DNA of 64,000 nt from assembly GCA_015069495.1 (NCBI GenBank), contig SVIN01000006.1, forward strand, positions 10,847-74,846, in the 5' to 3' direction. Under the pieces are notes generated by a model. It did no database searches, was not told the DNA's origin, and saw only the letters and a list, made by a program, of their open reading frames with translations. Of the stretch, positions 1 to 8,825 are shown one piece after another. Source of the stretch: Clostridiales bacterium (lineage in GTDB: Bacteria > Bacillota > Clostridia > Christensenellales > Borkfalkiaceae). Within the stretch, counting starts at the first letter, position 1. Each line of letters begins with the position of its first letter. The position numbers and the translations under genes were made by a program.

Positions 1-504
1 TTGAACGGTGAAATTTTCGACCTCTTGGAAAACCGCGCGGACGATTGGAAAGGCCTTACGTTTTTGGAAAGCTTGATTACCGCTTGCGTGTCGCATAAGG
101 CGCGCGTGGTGGAAATGGACGAAAAGGAATCGGGCGAGCGCCGTTCGCTGAACGTTGGGCACACCACGGGACACGCGATTGAATTGACCAGCGGGCTGTC
201 GCATGGTGAAAGCGTGCTTTACGGCATGTTGTTGGAAACGCGTATGGTGATGCAGGCGGGCGTGTGTGAAAAGACGTACGGTCAGCGTTTGCTTGCTTTG
301 GTGGAAAGAGCGATTGCTCTAGAGCCTACGGCGGGGATGGATTTCACCGCGATAGAGGACAGCGCGGAAAAGGCGCGTGCGGATAAGAAGAATACGGATG
401 ACGATAAAATCCGCATGGCGGTGGCGAAAGCGAAAGGGCAATGGACGGATTTTTCCTTGCCGTTTGCGGAGTACGTAACAGCGTTAAAAAACGCTTGTAA
501 ATAA
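1..504 (+). CDS. aroB: 3-dehydroquinate synthase, C-terminal part (5' end lies outside the window)
   Basis: ORF is open to the window edge. ERRSLNVGHTTGHAIE...HGESVLYGM metal-binding His motifs. First gene of an aro run. Confidence 0.85.
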   Translation: MNGEIFDLLENRADDWKGLTFLESLITACVSHKARVVEMDEKESGERRSLNVGHTTGHAIELTSGLSHGESVLYGMLLETRMVMQAGVCEKTYGQRLLALVERAIALEPTAGMDFTAIEDSAEKARADKKNTDDDKIRMAVAKAKGQWTDFSLPFAEYVTALKNACK

Positions 505-512
505 AAAACAAA

Positions 513-532
513 GGGGGCAGGTATGCGACGAA
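513..532 (+). repeat. dispersed motif copy (aroB|aroA junction)
   Basis: GGGGGCAGGTATGCGACGAA. Its ATG (523) is the aroA ORF start. Confidence 0.7.
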
Positions 533-1806
533 TACAATCAAGAGAATATTTTTCGGGTGAATTTGACCTGCCTGGAGATAAATCGATTACCCACCGCGCA
601 ATTATGTTCAACGGCGGTGCTGACGGAGAGGCGGTGATTAGCAACGCCTTGACGGGTGAGGATTGTTTGTCCACCTGCCAATGCCTGCGTGCGTTGGGTG
701 CAACGGTGGAAAGGGATGGTACGGCTTTACGAATAAAAGGCACTCCGCGGTTTCGAAGCGGGCAACGGTTGGATTGCGGAAATTCGGGTACAACCATGCG
801 TCTCTTGACGGGGTTTGTGGCTGGAAAAGGGGTTGATGTGACGTTGTTTGGCGACGAGTCCTTGTCCTCACGGCCGATGAAACGTGTAGCCGAACCGCTT
901 ACATTGCTCGGTGCGGACGTGAAAACAACGGATGGACATGCGCCCATATATATTACACCGAAAACTTTACACGGCGGGTCGGTGCAGTTAAAGGTAGCTT
1001 CCGCGCAGGTAAAAAGCGCGGTGCTGTTGGCAGGGCTTTCCGCGGAAGGGGAAACTTTTGTCAGCGAACCCGTCAAATCCCGCGATCACACCGAACGTAT
1101 GCTTTCGGCTATGGGCGCGGATATTCGCGTAGAAGGCAATGACGTGCGGGTGAAGAAAAGTAATTTGTGCGCGGTGGACGTGTGCGTTCCGTCTGATATT
1201 TCTTCGGCTGCATATTTCATGGCGCTTGGCGCATTGAAAGGGGAAACGCTGTGTAAAAACGTAGGGGTGAATCCTACACGCACGGGAATTTTGACCGCGT
1301 TCGACCGTTTGGGGGTGGAGTACGCTTTGCTCAATAAACGAGTATCGGGCGGGGAAGATATTGCGGATATTTTGGTGAAAAAATCCCATTTGCGCAGTAT
1401 TGAATTAACATCGGAAGATATTCCCGCGATGATTGACGAGTTGCCCTTGGTTGCGCTTTTGTGTGCGTTTGCAGACGGGGAAAGCCGTATTACGGGCGCG
1501 CAGGAATTGCGGGTCAAGGAGAGTGACCGTATTCGCACCACGGCAGAACTTATCCGTAATTTAGGCGGGGAATGTGAAGAACTTCCCGACGGCTTTATCA
1601 TCCGCGGCAGGAAAAAATTGCGGGGCGGAAAGGTGGACAGTTGCCTTGACCACCGCATTGCGATGACGGGCGCGGTGGGGTTGCTTGCCAGCGAAAACGG
1701 CGGGGAGATTTACCGCTCGGAATGTTGCGCAATTTCCTTCCCCGACTTCTTTGAGAAACTTGGAGAAAAAGGAAATGGACGGGGGCATGTACGCGATGAA
1801 TGGTAA
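523..1806 (+). CDS. aroA: 3-phosphoshikimate 1-carboxyvinyltransferase (EPSP synthase)
   Basis: 427-aa ORF with LPGDKSITHRA, GNSGTTMRLL and RVKESDRI motifs. The start ATG lies inside a dispersed-motif copy. The last ~12 codons are also encoded by a motif copy. Confidence 0.93.
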   Translation: MRRIQSREYFSGEFDLPGDKSITHRAIMFNGGADGEAVISNALTGEDCLSTCQCLRALGATVERDGTALRIKGTPRFRSGQRLDCGNSGTTMRLLTGFVAGKGVDVTLFGDESLSSRPMKRVAEPLTLLGADVKTTDGHAPIYITPKTLHGGSVQLKVASAQVKSAVLLAGLSAEGETFVSEPVKSRDHTERMLSAMGADIRVEGNDVRVKKSNLCAVDVCVPSDISSAAYFMALGALKGETLCKNVGVNPTRTGILTAFDRLGVEYALLNKRVSGGEDIADILVKKSHLRSIELTSEDIPAMIDELPLVALLCAFADGESRITGAQELRVKESDRIRTTAELIRNLGGECEELPDGFIIRGRKKLRGGKVDSCLDHRIAMTGAVGLLASENGGEIYRSECCAISFPDFFEKLGEKGNGRGHVRDEW

Positions 1807-2605
1807 AATGATACGGCTTGCTTTGGTTGGAAAAGACGTGGAAAAATCGCACAGCGCACGTATTCATACCTTCTTATTAAACCATTTTGGGTATGGTTGT
1901 GAATACGAATCGGTGTCCGTGGCGAAAGAGGATTTTGACAGTGTAATCGCTTACTTATTGGGGGATTTCGATGGTTTCAACGTGACCATTCCTTACAAGC
2001 GCGACGTGATGGCGTATTTGGACGAAGTGTCGGGCGATGCCTTTGACTGCGGTTCAGTGAACACCGTCTTAACGAGCACTCGGCAAGGCTTTAACACGGA
2101 CGGGGCAGGTTTTTTGCTGATGCTGCGTTTGGCGGGTATTGAGGTAAATGGTAAAAAAGTTTTGGTGCTTGGCGGCGGCGGATCAGGAAGAAGTACGGCG
2201 GCGGCATTGAAAAGAGCGGGCGCATCGGTGTCTGTTTATCAACGCCGTAGGGAGAAGTTGAAAGAACTTTGCAACGAGCTTGGCGTGACGGCTGCAGACG
2301 ACCCTGAAGCTGGCGGGTATGATATTCTCGTCAACTGTACGGGGGTGGGCATGCATGACAGTGAGGGAATTTCCCCTGTTAGCGCGCGTGCGTTTATAGG
2401 TGCAAGCCATGCGATTGATTTGATTTACCGCCCTGCGGTGTCAGAATTTTTGCGTTTGGCAAGCGAAGCGGGACTTTCCACCTTAAACGGCAAGGCAATG
2501 TTGTTTTACCAAGCATATTACGCCGATTGTATCTATTTGGGGAGAGAAACCGACGATACGGAAGCGATGGGATTATACGAAATGTTTTTAGGAGAAACGT
2601 TATGA
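1775..2605 (+). CDS. aroE: shikimate dehydrogenase
   Basis: NVTIPYK motif and GGGGSGRS dinucleotide-binding loop. The start is uncertain (ATG at 1775, 1787, 1796 or 1808); a GGAG precedes 1775. Confidence 0.85.
   Translation: MDGGMYAMNGKMIRLALVGKDVEKSHSARIHTFLLNHFGYGCEYESVSVAKEDFDSVIAYLLGDFDGFNVTIPYKRDVMAYLDEVSGDAFDCGSVNTVLTSTRQGFNTDGAGFLLMLRLAGIEVNGKKVLVLGGGGSGRSTAAALKRAGASVSVYQRRREKLKELCNELGVTAADDPEAGGYDILVNCTGVGMHDSEGISPVSARAFIGASHAIDLIYRPAVSEFLRLASEAGLSTLNGKAMLFYQAYYADCIYLGRETDDTEAMGLYEMFLGETL
1781..1800 (+). repeat. dispersed motif copy (aroA|aroE junction)
   Basis: GGGGGCATGTACGCGATGAA. Encodes the aroA tail and candidate aroE starts. Confidence 0.7.
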
Positions 2606-3030
2606 AATTTTTGGTGATGAACGGTGTGAATCTCAATTTGACGGGCATGCGCGAAAAGAGTGTGTACGGAACGGAAACTTTGGAAGAAATCAACGCCAAA
2701 ATCACGGTGTTTGCGGAAAACAACGGCGACAGCGTGGACTTTTACCAAAGCAATATCGAGGGGGAATTGGTCAATAAGTTACACGAAGCGTTTTTGCAAG
2801 GCGGGTACGATGGTATCGTGTTGAATGCAGGGGCGTACACCCATTACAGCTACGCTATTCGCGATGCGATTGCGGCAATTGATGTTCCCGTGGCGGAGGT
2901 GCATATGTCGAACGTACACGCGCGCGAGGAATTCCGTCATCACAGCGTGTTGTCCGAAGTCTGCAAAGGTGTTGTTTGCGGATTTGGGTGGAAAAGCTAC
3001 GCGATGGCGTTGTTAGGGTTGAAGAAATGA
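2602..3030 (+). CDS. aroQ: type II 3-dehydroquinate dehydratase
   Basis: MKFLVMNGVNLNLTGMRE...YG N-terminus and HMSNVHAREEFRHHS motif. AGGAG lies 7 nt upstream of ATG 2602. Confidence 0.92.
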   Translation: MKFLVMNGVNLNLTGMREKSVYGTETLEEINAKITVFAENNGDSVDFYQSNIEGELVNKLHEAFLQGGYDGIVLNAGAYTHYSYAIRDAIAAIDVPVAEVHMSNVHAREEFRHHSVLSEVCKGVVCGFGWKSYAMALLGLKK

Positions 3031-3524
3031 ACTTGATTTTATGCGGTATGATGGGCGCGGGAAAAACGTCCGTCGGCAGGGCGATTGCGGATTTGACGGG
3101 TCGCGTTTGGTATGATACCGACGATATCATTGTCAAGCAATACGGTCCGATTTCGGAGATTTTCACAAGCCACGGAGAGGAATATTTTCGTGCATTGGAA
3201 ACGGAAACGCTGAGAGGCTTGACCGCGCAGGATGATTTGGTGATTTCCGTGGGCGGGGGCTTGGTGTTGCGCCAAGAAAACGTGGATATTTTACGGCAGA
3301 ATGGTAAGATGATTTTTTTAAAAGCGACGATGGAAACGCTTGTCCAACGTTTGCGTATGGACACGGAAAGACCTTTGTTGCATACGGAAGAGGATTTGAA
3401 AACAAGGTTGGAAAAATTATTTTCCGAACGCGAGCCTATTTATGAACGCGTGGCGGATTTTACAGTGAAGGTAGACGGTAAAACCCCTGAAGAAATCGGG
3501 GCGGAAATTATGTCGATTGTGTAA
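3027..3524 (+). CDS. aroK: shikimate kinase
   Basis: GMMGAGKTSVG Walker A motif. ATGA start/stop overlap with aroQ. Confidence 0.9.
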   Translation: MNLILCGMMGAGKTSVGRAIADLTGRVWYDTDDIIVKQYGPISEIFTSHGEEYFRALETETLRGLTAQDDLVISVGGGLVLRQENVDILRQNGKMIFLKATMETLVQRLRMDTERPLLHTEEDLKTRLEKLFSEREPIYERVADFTVKVDGKTPEEIGAEIMSIV

Positions 3525-3531
3525 AACGGGC

Positions 3532-3550
3532 GGGGCAGGTATGAGATGAA
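3532..3550 (+). repeat. dispersed motif copy (aroK|SDR junction)
   Basis: GGGGCAGGTATGAGATGAA. Its second ATG is the SDR start. Confidence 0.6.
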
Positions 3551-4244
3551 GACAGTTTTGGTGACGGGCGGTGTACGCGGAATCGGTAAAAGCATCGCTG
3601 TGAAATTTAAAGGGAAAGGGTACCGCGTGTGCGCAGTTTATTCCCGTGATGAAGAGGGGGCGAAAGCGGTTTCCGCGTTGGGGATTGAAACCTATCGCGC
3701 GGACGTTTCCAAGGAAGACGAAGTGGTTGCGCTCTTTCAAAAAATCGGCGGAGTGGATATCCTTGTCAACAATGCAGGCGTGGCGTTGGTGAAACAGATT
3801 CAGGACGTGACGTATGACGAATACAACGCGTTGATGTCCGTCAATATGGGCGGGGCGTTTTTGTGTTCGCGCGAGGCGGTGAAGTATATGATTTCCAACC
3901 AAAGCGGGCTGATTGTCAATATTTCTTCCGTGTGGGGAGAAGTCGGCGCAAGTTGTGAGAGTGTGTACTCGGCATCGAAGGCGGCGCTGATTGGTTTCAC
4001 CAAGGCATTGGCGAAAGAGTTGGGCTGGTCGGGGATTCGTGTAAACAGCGTTTCTCCTGGGGTGATTGACACCAAGATGAACGCACATTTTACCGCAGAA
4101 GATATGCAGGCGTTAAAGGAAGAAATCCCGATGGGGCGCATCGGGCAGGGGGAAGACGTAGCAAATGCCGTCTTGTATTTGGAAGAAAATACCTACGTGA
4201 CGGGGATTGATTTGCCCGTCAACGGTGGATTTTCCATTGTGTAA
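3546..4244 (+). CDS. SDR-family oxidoreductase (FabG-like)
   Basis: TGGVRGIGKS cofactor loop, NNAG motif and YSASKAA catalytic YxxxK. Confidence 0.85.
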   Translation: MKTVLVTGGVRGIGKSIAVKFKGKGYRVCAVYSRDEEGAKAVSALGIETYRADVSKEDEVVALFQKIGGVDILVNNAGVALVKQIQDVTYDEYNALMSVNMGGAFLCSREAVKYMISNQSGLIVNISSVWGEVGASCESVYSASKAALIGFTKALAKELGWSGIRVNSVSPGVIDTKMNAHFTAEDMQALKEEIPMGRIGQGEDVANAVLYLEENTYVTGIDLPVNGGFSIV

Positions 4245-4249
4245 ACAAT

Positions 4250-4424
4250 GGCTCTGTCACATCACTTGGTTGATTTTTGACGGTAAAATACTGTGAAATT
4301 CTGCGTGTTTTTTTCGGTTGCAGACCGCTGTGGGTATGCTCCCTCACAAAACACTTGTCGTTCTTGTATTTTTCTCGTCAATCGCTAAAAAAAGCTAAAA
4401 TAAACCATTCTCTGTGACATAGCC
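4250..4424 (+). repeat. MITE-like element, copy 1 (full length)
   Basis: Begins GGCTCTGTCACATCACTTGGTTGATTTTTGACGG and ends ...CGTCAATCGC...AAACCATTCTCTGTGACATAGCC, giving imperfect terminal inverted repeats. Homologous to 16024-16197 and 20224-20335. Confidence 0.8.
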
Positions 4425-4427
4425 AAA

Positions 4428-4718
4428 TCAATTCTTCTTTAAATAATTATCTAAAATATTTTGGATAAATTCATCCGCGATTCCCGAGGTGGGGGATTGC
4501 GGATTTTCTTTTTCATTTTTGGGTTTTTCTTCCGTGTCGCAATCCGTTTTCTTGGTTTGTTGAAAGGTGTTAAAGGTTTGCGTAAAGGTGGATAAATCCT
4601 TTAAAAAGCTGAGCATCTGTTCGGAATTTTTTAATTTCGCCATCAACGGCCGAACGCTTTCCGAAAAATCGGGGTTTTGTGAAAGATAATATAACAGTAC
4701 CAATATCAAAATTTCCAT
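4428..4718 (-). CDS. hypothetical small protein with a hydrophobic N-terminus
   Basis: ORF begins MEILILVLLYYLSQNPDF.... I recognise no family. The start was chosen at the internal Met. Confidence 0.4.
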   Translation of the reverse strand: MEILILVLLYYLSQNPDFSESVRPLMAKLKNSEQMLSFLKDLSTFTQTFNTFQQTKKTDCDTEEKPKNEKENPQSPTSGIADEFIQNILDNYLKKN

Positions 4719-4791
4719 GTTACAGTATATGCACTGTGTCGAAAAGTTGATGATGAGAATAGTATGTAGTATCAATTTTTCGGAGGTGGAT

Positions 4792-5061
4792 ATGAAGAGT
4801 TTTAAGGACTACGCGCCAAATGAAACGCCAGTGCAAACGGCAAGCGCGGAGGAGTTAACGCGGAAAATTATTTCACAATATAATGGAAAAAGTAACGCGG
4901 ATATGTTGAAAAATATTTTATCGGAAGCGGAAAAAAGTAAACGCGCGGGCACGCTTTCCAATGAGGAAATCGAGGTGTTTTACCAAAGCTTTGCTCCCAT
5001 GCTGGACAGTTCGCAAAGAAAACGCCTGCGCGCAGTTGTGGATAAATTGAAAGAAATTTGA
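4792..5061 (+). CDS. hypothetical 89-aa protein
   Basis: GGAGG SD 5 nt upstream of ATG 4792. Divergent from the 4428-4718 ORF. No family recognised. Confidence 0.45.
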   Translation: MKSFKDYAPNETPVQTASAEELTRKIISQYNGKSNADMLKNILSEAEKSKRAGTLSNEEIEVFYQSFAPMLDSSQRKRLRAVVDKLKEI

Positions 5062-5063
5062 TT

Positions 5064-6188
5064 TTACATAGCGGATAACGCGTTTAATAGGATATCAATT
5101 TCTTGGCGTGTATTATCGTGTGAAAGGGAAACGCGCACCAAACCGCCGTCTTGCGTGCCTAAGGCTTCATGTATCAAGGGCGCGCAATGCAACCCGCCCC
5201 GCGTAGCGATTGCGTATTCTTCCGACAGCCGTTCCGCAATGGTTTCCGAGGGAAAAATTCGATGTGCAAACGCTGTAATTCCACAAGGATTGGGTGCGGA
5301 ATACAGCGTGTATTGCGGTAATTTTTGCAATCCCTTGACAAGATATTCGCTTAAAACGAGGATTTTACTTGTGATTTCTTTTTGGTGTAAAGTAAGGTGG
5401 CGCGCGCCCTCTAACAGAGAAAGGACTGCGGGGAAGTTGAGTGTCCCCGCTTCCAATGCATCGGGATAGAAATCGGGCATTTCCAAGGAAATACTCATCG
5501 ACCCCGTACCGCCGAATAAAAGGGGGACGGGGTTGACTCTTTCAGAAAAAAGCAACGCGCCGCTGCCTTGTATGCCCAGCATGCCTTTATGCCCTGCAAT
5601 CGTCAGTAAATCGATACCTGCCCCCTGCATTTTGATATCAAAGTGTCCCGCGCCTTGCGCTCCGTCGCACAAAAGCAGGACGTGATCGGGTAGAATTTTT
5701 CGCACTGCTTTGACATCGGGCGCATAGCCCGTGACGTTGGAAGCGGCGGTTACGGCAACCAATCGTGTGTTGGGACGAAGCAGGGCACGGATATCTTCCG
5801 CGTGCAGATACGCGCCCGCTTTCTCACCGCGCAAAGGGCAGATATCATATTCAATGGTTCCTGCTTGCCGTAAGTATTCCAAGGGGCGCAAGACGGAGTT
5901 ATGTTCCATGCAAGTGGCAATGACGTGGTCGCCTTTTTTCAATACGCCCAGCAATGCAACGTTTAAGGCTTCCGTACAGTTTTTGGTGAAAATAACGCGG
6001 TCGAATCCATACCCGTCGAACAGTGCGTTTAAGGTGTAACGGCAATTTTGTATCTGCTTGGCGCAAGCCAGCGACAGTTTGTGACCGCTTCTGCCAGGGT
6101 TGGCGCAAACCTTGATGGAGGAAGCAACGGCGGTCAGGACGGTATCGGGTTTTCTGCCGCCCGTGGCGGCGTTGTCAAAATATATCAT
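5064..6188 (-). CDS. class V aminotransferase / cysteine desulfurase family protein
   Basis: MIYFDNAATG N-terminus, GHK PLP-lysine context (AGHKGMLG) and a GGLHCAP active-site Cys loop. Confidence 0.85.
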   Translation of the reverse strand: MIYFDNAATGGRKPDTVLTAVASSIKVCANPGRSGHKLSLACAKQIQNCRYTLNALFDGYGFDRVIFTKNCTEALNVALLGVLKKGDHVIATCMEHNSVLRPLEYLRQAGTIEYDICPLRGEKAGAYLHAEDIRALLRPNTRLVAVTAASNVTGYAPDVKAVRKILPDHVLLLCDGAQGAGHFDIKMQGAGIDLLTIAGHKGMLGIQGSGALLFSERVNPVPLLFGGTGSMSISLEMPDFYPDALEAGTLNFPAVLSLLEGARHLTLHQKEITSKILVLSEYLVKGLQKLPQYTLYSAPNPCGITAFAHRIFPSETIAERLSEEYAIATRGGLHCAPLIHEALGTQDGGLVRVSLSHDNTRQEIDILLNALSAM

Positions 6189-6240
6189 ATACGAACCTCG
6201 GTTGGAGAAAAATTCATACAATATATTATTCCCCAAAGGA

Positions 6241-6259
6241 GGCGGGTATGACATGACAA
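6241..6259 (+). repeat. degenerate dispersed motif copy (desulfurase|DUF3343 junction)
   Basis: GGCGGGTATGACATGACAA. Its second ATG is the DUF3343 start. Confidence 0.35.
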
Positions 6260-6519
6260 TATTGGCGGTTTTTCGTTCGCGGGCGCACAGCTTGGATTAT
6301 GCAGAACGGTTACAATCCTACGGAGTATCGGCACAGACCGTTCCCACCCCGAAAGAGGCGCGGATCGGTTGCGGATTATGTGTAAAGTTTGACGAGCGTT
6401 CGTTTATACGCGCGCAAGCAATTTTACGGACGGGGCGGTATGCTTCGTTTAAGGGTTTTTATAAAATGGATTTTATCGGTGGTAAATTGTCCCTGACGCC
6501 GTATGGCGGAAAGGTTTAA
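6253..6519 (+). CDS. DUF3343-like small protein (putative S/Se carrier-like)
   Basis: 88 aa, MTILAVFRSRAHSLDYAERLQSYGV...CGLCV pattern. AAGGAGG upstream. Divergent from the desulfurase. Confidence 0.6.
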   Translation: MTILAVFRSRAHSLDYAERLQSYGVSAQTVPTPKEARIGCGLCVKFDERSFIRAQAILRTGRYASFKGFYKMDFIGGKLSLTPYGGKV

Positions 6520-6524
6520 AACGC

Positions 6525-6553
6525 TTGCATTCTATGCGCAGATGTGCTATAAT
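6525..6553 (+). promoter_or_regulatory. sigma-70-type promoter of nth with extended -10; probably gives a leaderless mRNA
   Basis: TTGCAT (6525-6530), 17-nt spacer, TGcTATAAT (6545-6553). ATG of nth at 6560 with no SD in between. Confidence 0.6.
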
Positions 6554-6559
6554 GCAAGT

Positions 6560-7186
6560 ATGAAAAAAGCGGAAAAACAAGCGGCTTTGTCCGAACTTGC
6601 AACTTTATACCCAGACGCGAAACCTGCGTTGAATTTTACGACCCCGTACGAGTTGTTTGTGGCGGTGGTTTTGTCTGCGCAATGCACGGACGCGCGGGTG
6701 AATATTGTAACGGCAAAATTATTTGAAAAATATTCCACCCCCCAAGCGATGGTGACTTTATCGCAAAAGGAACTGGAAAAATATATTTTCTCTTGCGGAT
6801 TTTACCGCATGAAGGCGGAACATATTCTGTCCGCTTCACAAGATATCTTGGATAAATTTAACGGTGAAGTGCCTGGTACGGTGGAAGAACTGATGACCCT
6901 TGCAGGTGTTGGAAAGAAGACGGCAAACGTTGTGTATGCAGTGGCGTTTGGCGGGGATGCGATTGCGGTGGATACTCACGTCTTCCGCGTGAGCAACCGT
7001 TTGGGACTTGCCAAAGGCAAAACGCCAAGCGAGGTGGAGGAAGGTTTGTACAAGGTCGTGCCGAAAACGGATTGGTCTAAGGCGCACCATTGGTTGATTT
7101 ATCATGGTCGGCAGGTCTGCCATTCGCAAAAACCTGCGTGTGAAACTTGCACTTTATCACATTTGTGTGATTATGCGAAAAAATAA
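6560..7186 (+). CDS. nth: endonuclease III
   Basis: HhH-GPD pattern (LMTLAGVGKKTANVV) and C-terminal 4Fe-4S cluster CHSQKPACETCTLSHLC. Confidence 0.92.
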   Translation: MKKAEKQAALSELATLYPDAKPALNFTTPYELFVAVVLSAQCTDARVNIVTAKLFEKYSTPQAMVTLSQKELEKYIFSCGFYRMKAEHILSASQDILDKFNGEVPGTVEELMTLAGVGKKTANVVYAVAFGGDAIAVDTHVFRVSNRLGLAKGKTPSEVEEGLYKVVPKTDWSKAHHWLIYHGRQVCHSQKPACETCTLSHLCDYAKK

Positions 7187-7196
7187 GGTATACAAT

Positions 7197-7237
7197 CTCC
7201 CGCGTTTCCCATACTGTGGAAAACGGGAGGTTTTTTA
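7197..7237 (+). terminator. rho-independent terminator after nth
   Basis: CTCCCGCGTTTCC / GGAAAACGGGAG stem followed by GTTTTTTATT. Confidence 0.8.
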
Positions 7238-7239
7238 TT

Positions 7240-7482
7240 GTGGAACATTGTGAACAGGAATGTTTGACCGCGCTTGCGGATTGGGAAGATATTTTGGAGA
7301 AAAAGGCAAAAATTTATTCACGGCTATTGACGGATCCCGCCCTTGCAAAGATGATGGAAGATTGCAGTTTTCGTCATGAAAAACGCAAGGAGAAATTATT
7401 AGGTTTGGTGTGCGGTAAAACGGTAAAAAAGAAAAATGGGCAGGGCATGTCTGCGTTGAATGAGGGGGAAGGTGCGCAATGA
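7240..7482 (+). CDS. hypothetical small protein, translationally coupled to the next gene
   Basis: The ORF-track start (7216) lies inside the nth terminator. GTG 7240 follows GGGAGG. Its end overlaps the next start through ATGA. Confidence 0.4.
   Translation: MEHCEQECLTALADWEDILEKKAKIYSRLLTDPALAKMMEDCSFRHEKRKEKLLGLVCGKTVKKKNGQGMSALNEGEGAQ
7443..7460 (+). repeat. dispersed motif copy (end of the hypothetical ORF, before the CotF-like gene)
   Basis: GGGCATGTCTGCGTTGAA. Confidence 0.55.
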
Positions 7483-7685
7483 GGTTGGAGAAACGAGAAA
7501 TTACCTTAAACGAAAAGGATAGTTTAAAGGATTTGCTTTTACTGGAAAAAGCGTTGCTTGGTCAGTATACGGACGCGTTGACGCGGGTGACAAGGAAAGA
7601 ACTCCGCGAACGAATTTTAGAACTTGTAAAAGAAACGTCGGGAGAAATTTTTTGGATGAAAGATTTACTGGATAAAGAAAGTTAA
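7479..7685 (+). CDS. Coat F (CotF)-like domain protein
   Basis: LNEKDSLKDLLLLEKALLGQYTDALTRVT...LRE resembles the Coat F domain pattern (recognised from memory). Confidence 0.5.
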   Translation: MRLEKREITLNEKDSLKDLLLLEKALLGQYTDALTRVTRKELRERILELVKETSGEIFWMKDLLDKES

Positions 7686-7694
7686 AAAAGGGTA

Positions 7695-7723
7695 TTGACA
7701 AAGCCTGTCGAATATTGTATACT
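7695..7723 (+). promoter_or_regulatory. sigma-70-type promoter of mscL
   Basis: TTGACA (7695-7700), 17-nt spacer, TATACT (7718-7723). Confidence 0.6.
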
Positions 7724-7765
7724 ATTGTCAAAATAACGCGGGCAACCGCGGAAAGGGGTTTGACA

Positions 7766-8407
7766 ATGGAAAAGAAGATTGGCAAAGTTAAGAAGTTTTT
7801 TGGCGAATTTAAGACGTTTATCACCCGCGGAAACGTGCTGGATATGGCTGTCGGTGTTATCGTCGGCGGTGCGTTTACGGGGATTGTGAACGGGTTGAGT
7901 AATTTTATTTTGAAACCCGTCATCAACTGGTTGTTGGCGATGGCTTTGGGCGGCGGCGCGTTGGAAAAAGCGGTGACTATTTTGGGCGAACCCGCTTACT
8001 TGGAAGACGGTGTGACGATTGACCTTGCAAGCTCGATTTATATTGATTGGGGCTCGTTTATCAGCGCGATTATCAACTTCCTCATTGTGGCATTCGTATT
8101 GTTTTTGGTGGTTCGTACCATGAACAACCTTGCCAAAGCGCACGAACGTATGTTGGAAGGGTTGGATTTTGATGAAAAGAAAGAAATTTACCGTATCTGC
8201 AGAGAACAGAGAGTATCGAAGAAAGAAGCGGTAGCAATCTATGAAAACAATGTAAAAGCCATCAAGGAAGCAAAGGCAGCGGCTGAAGCTGAGGCGGCTG
8301 CAAAGGCGGCGGAAGAAGCGGCGATTGCAGCGGCAAAAGAAGAGGAAAAAGCGATGGCAAATACCCGTCTTTTGGAAGAAATCCGTGACTTGCTTAAAAA
8401 TAAATAA
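7766..8407 (+). CDS. mscL: large-conductance mechanosensitive channel with a long Ala/Glu/Lys-rich C-terminal extension
   Basis: FKTFITRGNVLDMAVGVIVGGAFTGIV is the MscL TM1 signature. 213 aa. Confidence 0.88.
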   Translation: MEKKIGKVKKFFGEFKTFITRGNVLDMAVGVIVGGAFTGIVNGLSNFILKPVINWLLAMALGGGALEKAVTILGEPAYLEDGVTIDLASSIYIDWGSFISAIINFLIVAFVLFLVVRTMNNLAKAHERMLEGLDFDEKKEIYRICREQRVSKKEAVAIYENNVKAIKEAKAAAEAEAAAKAAEEAAIAAAKEEEKAMANTRLLEEIRDLLKNK

Positions 8408-8441
8408 ATCTTGACATTTACGCTTCGCGGCGGAAAAACGT

Positions 8442-8470
8442 TTGACTTTTTCCCGCGGAGCGTATATAAT
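8442..8470 (+). promoter_or_regulatory. promoter of the pheS T-box leader
   Basis: TTGACT (8442-8447), 17-nt spacer, TATAAT (8465-8470). Confidence 0.6.
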
Positions 8471-8477
8471 ATAGTAG

Positions 8478-8742
8478 TAAATTGCATACAGGCGATGAAA
8501 AAGCAGGTGCGTTTGAGGTTCCTTTGACAGAGATTTTACCCATAGGCTGAAAGGTAGAAAAAGGATAAAACGTTGCCATTTCACTTTGGAGCCGTCCTTT
8601 TGAGACTTATATAAGAGGTAGGAAGGACCGTATACCGCGGCGTAACGGCGGGAATAAGGCGTAAGAAATGCTTACGCGAATGCAGGTGGTACAGCGGAAA
8701 TTTCGCCCTGCGTGTCCTTTTGACACGCAGGGCGTTCTTGTT
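8478..8742 (+). promoter_or_regulatory. T-box leader (tRNA-Phe responsive), including its terminator
   Basis: T-box core AGGTGGTACAGCGG at 8684-8697. Terminator stem CCCTGCGTGTC/GACACGCAGGG at 8706-8732 followed by a T-rich tail. AGAGA and GAAAGG stem I elements. Candidate specifier UUC followed by A at 8580-8583. Located directly upstream of pheS. Confidence 0.85.
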
Positions 8743-8825
8743 ATAAAGAAATCATGCAATTGTTGATGGATAATTATGACAATGAATCTGGTAACATTTA
8801 ACGAAACTATTTTCGGAGGAAAGAT

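Noticed and set aside
7216-7239. GTG start given in the ORF track for the 88-aa ORF.
   Set aside because: These codons form the 3' arm and T tract of the nth terminator. A start at about 7240 behind GGGAGG is more plausible.
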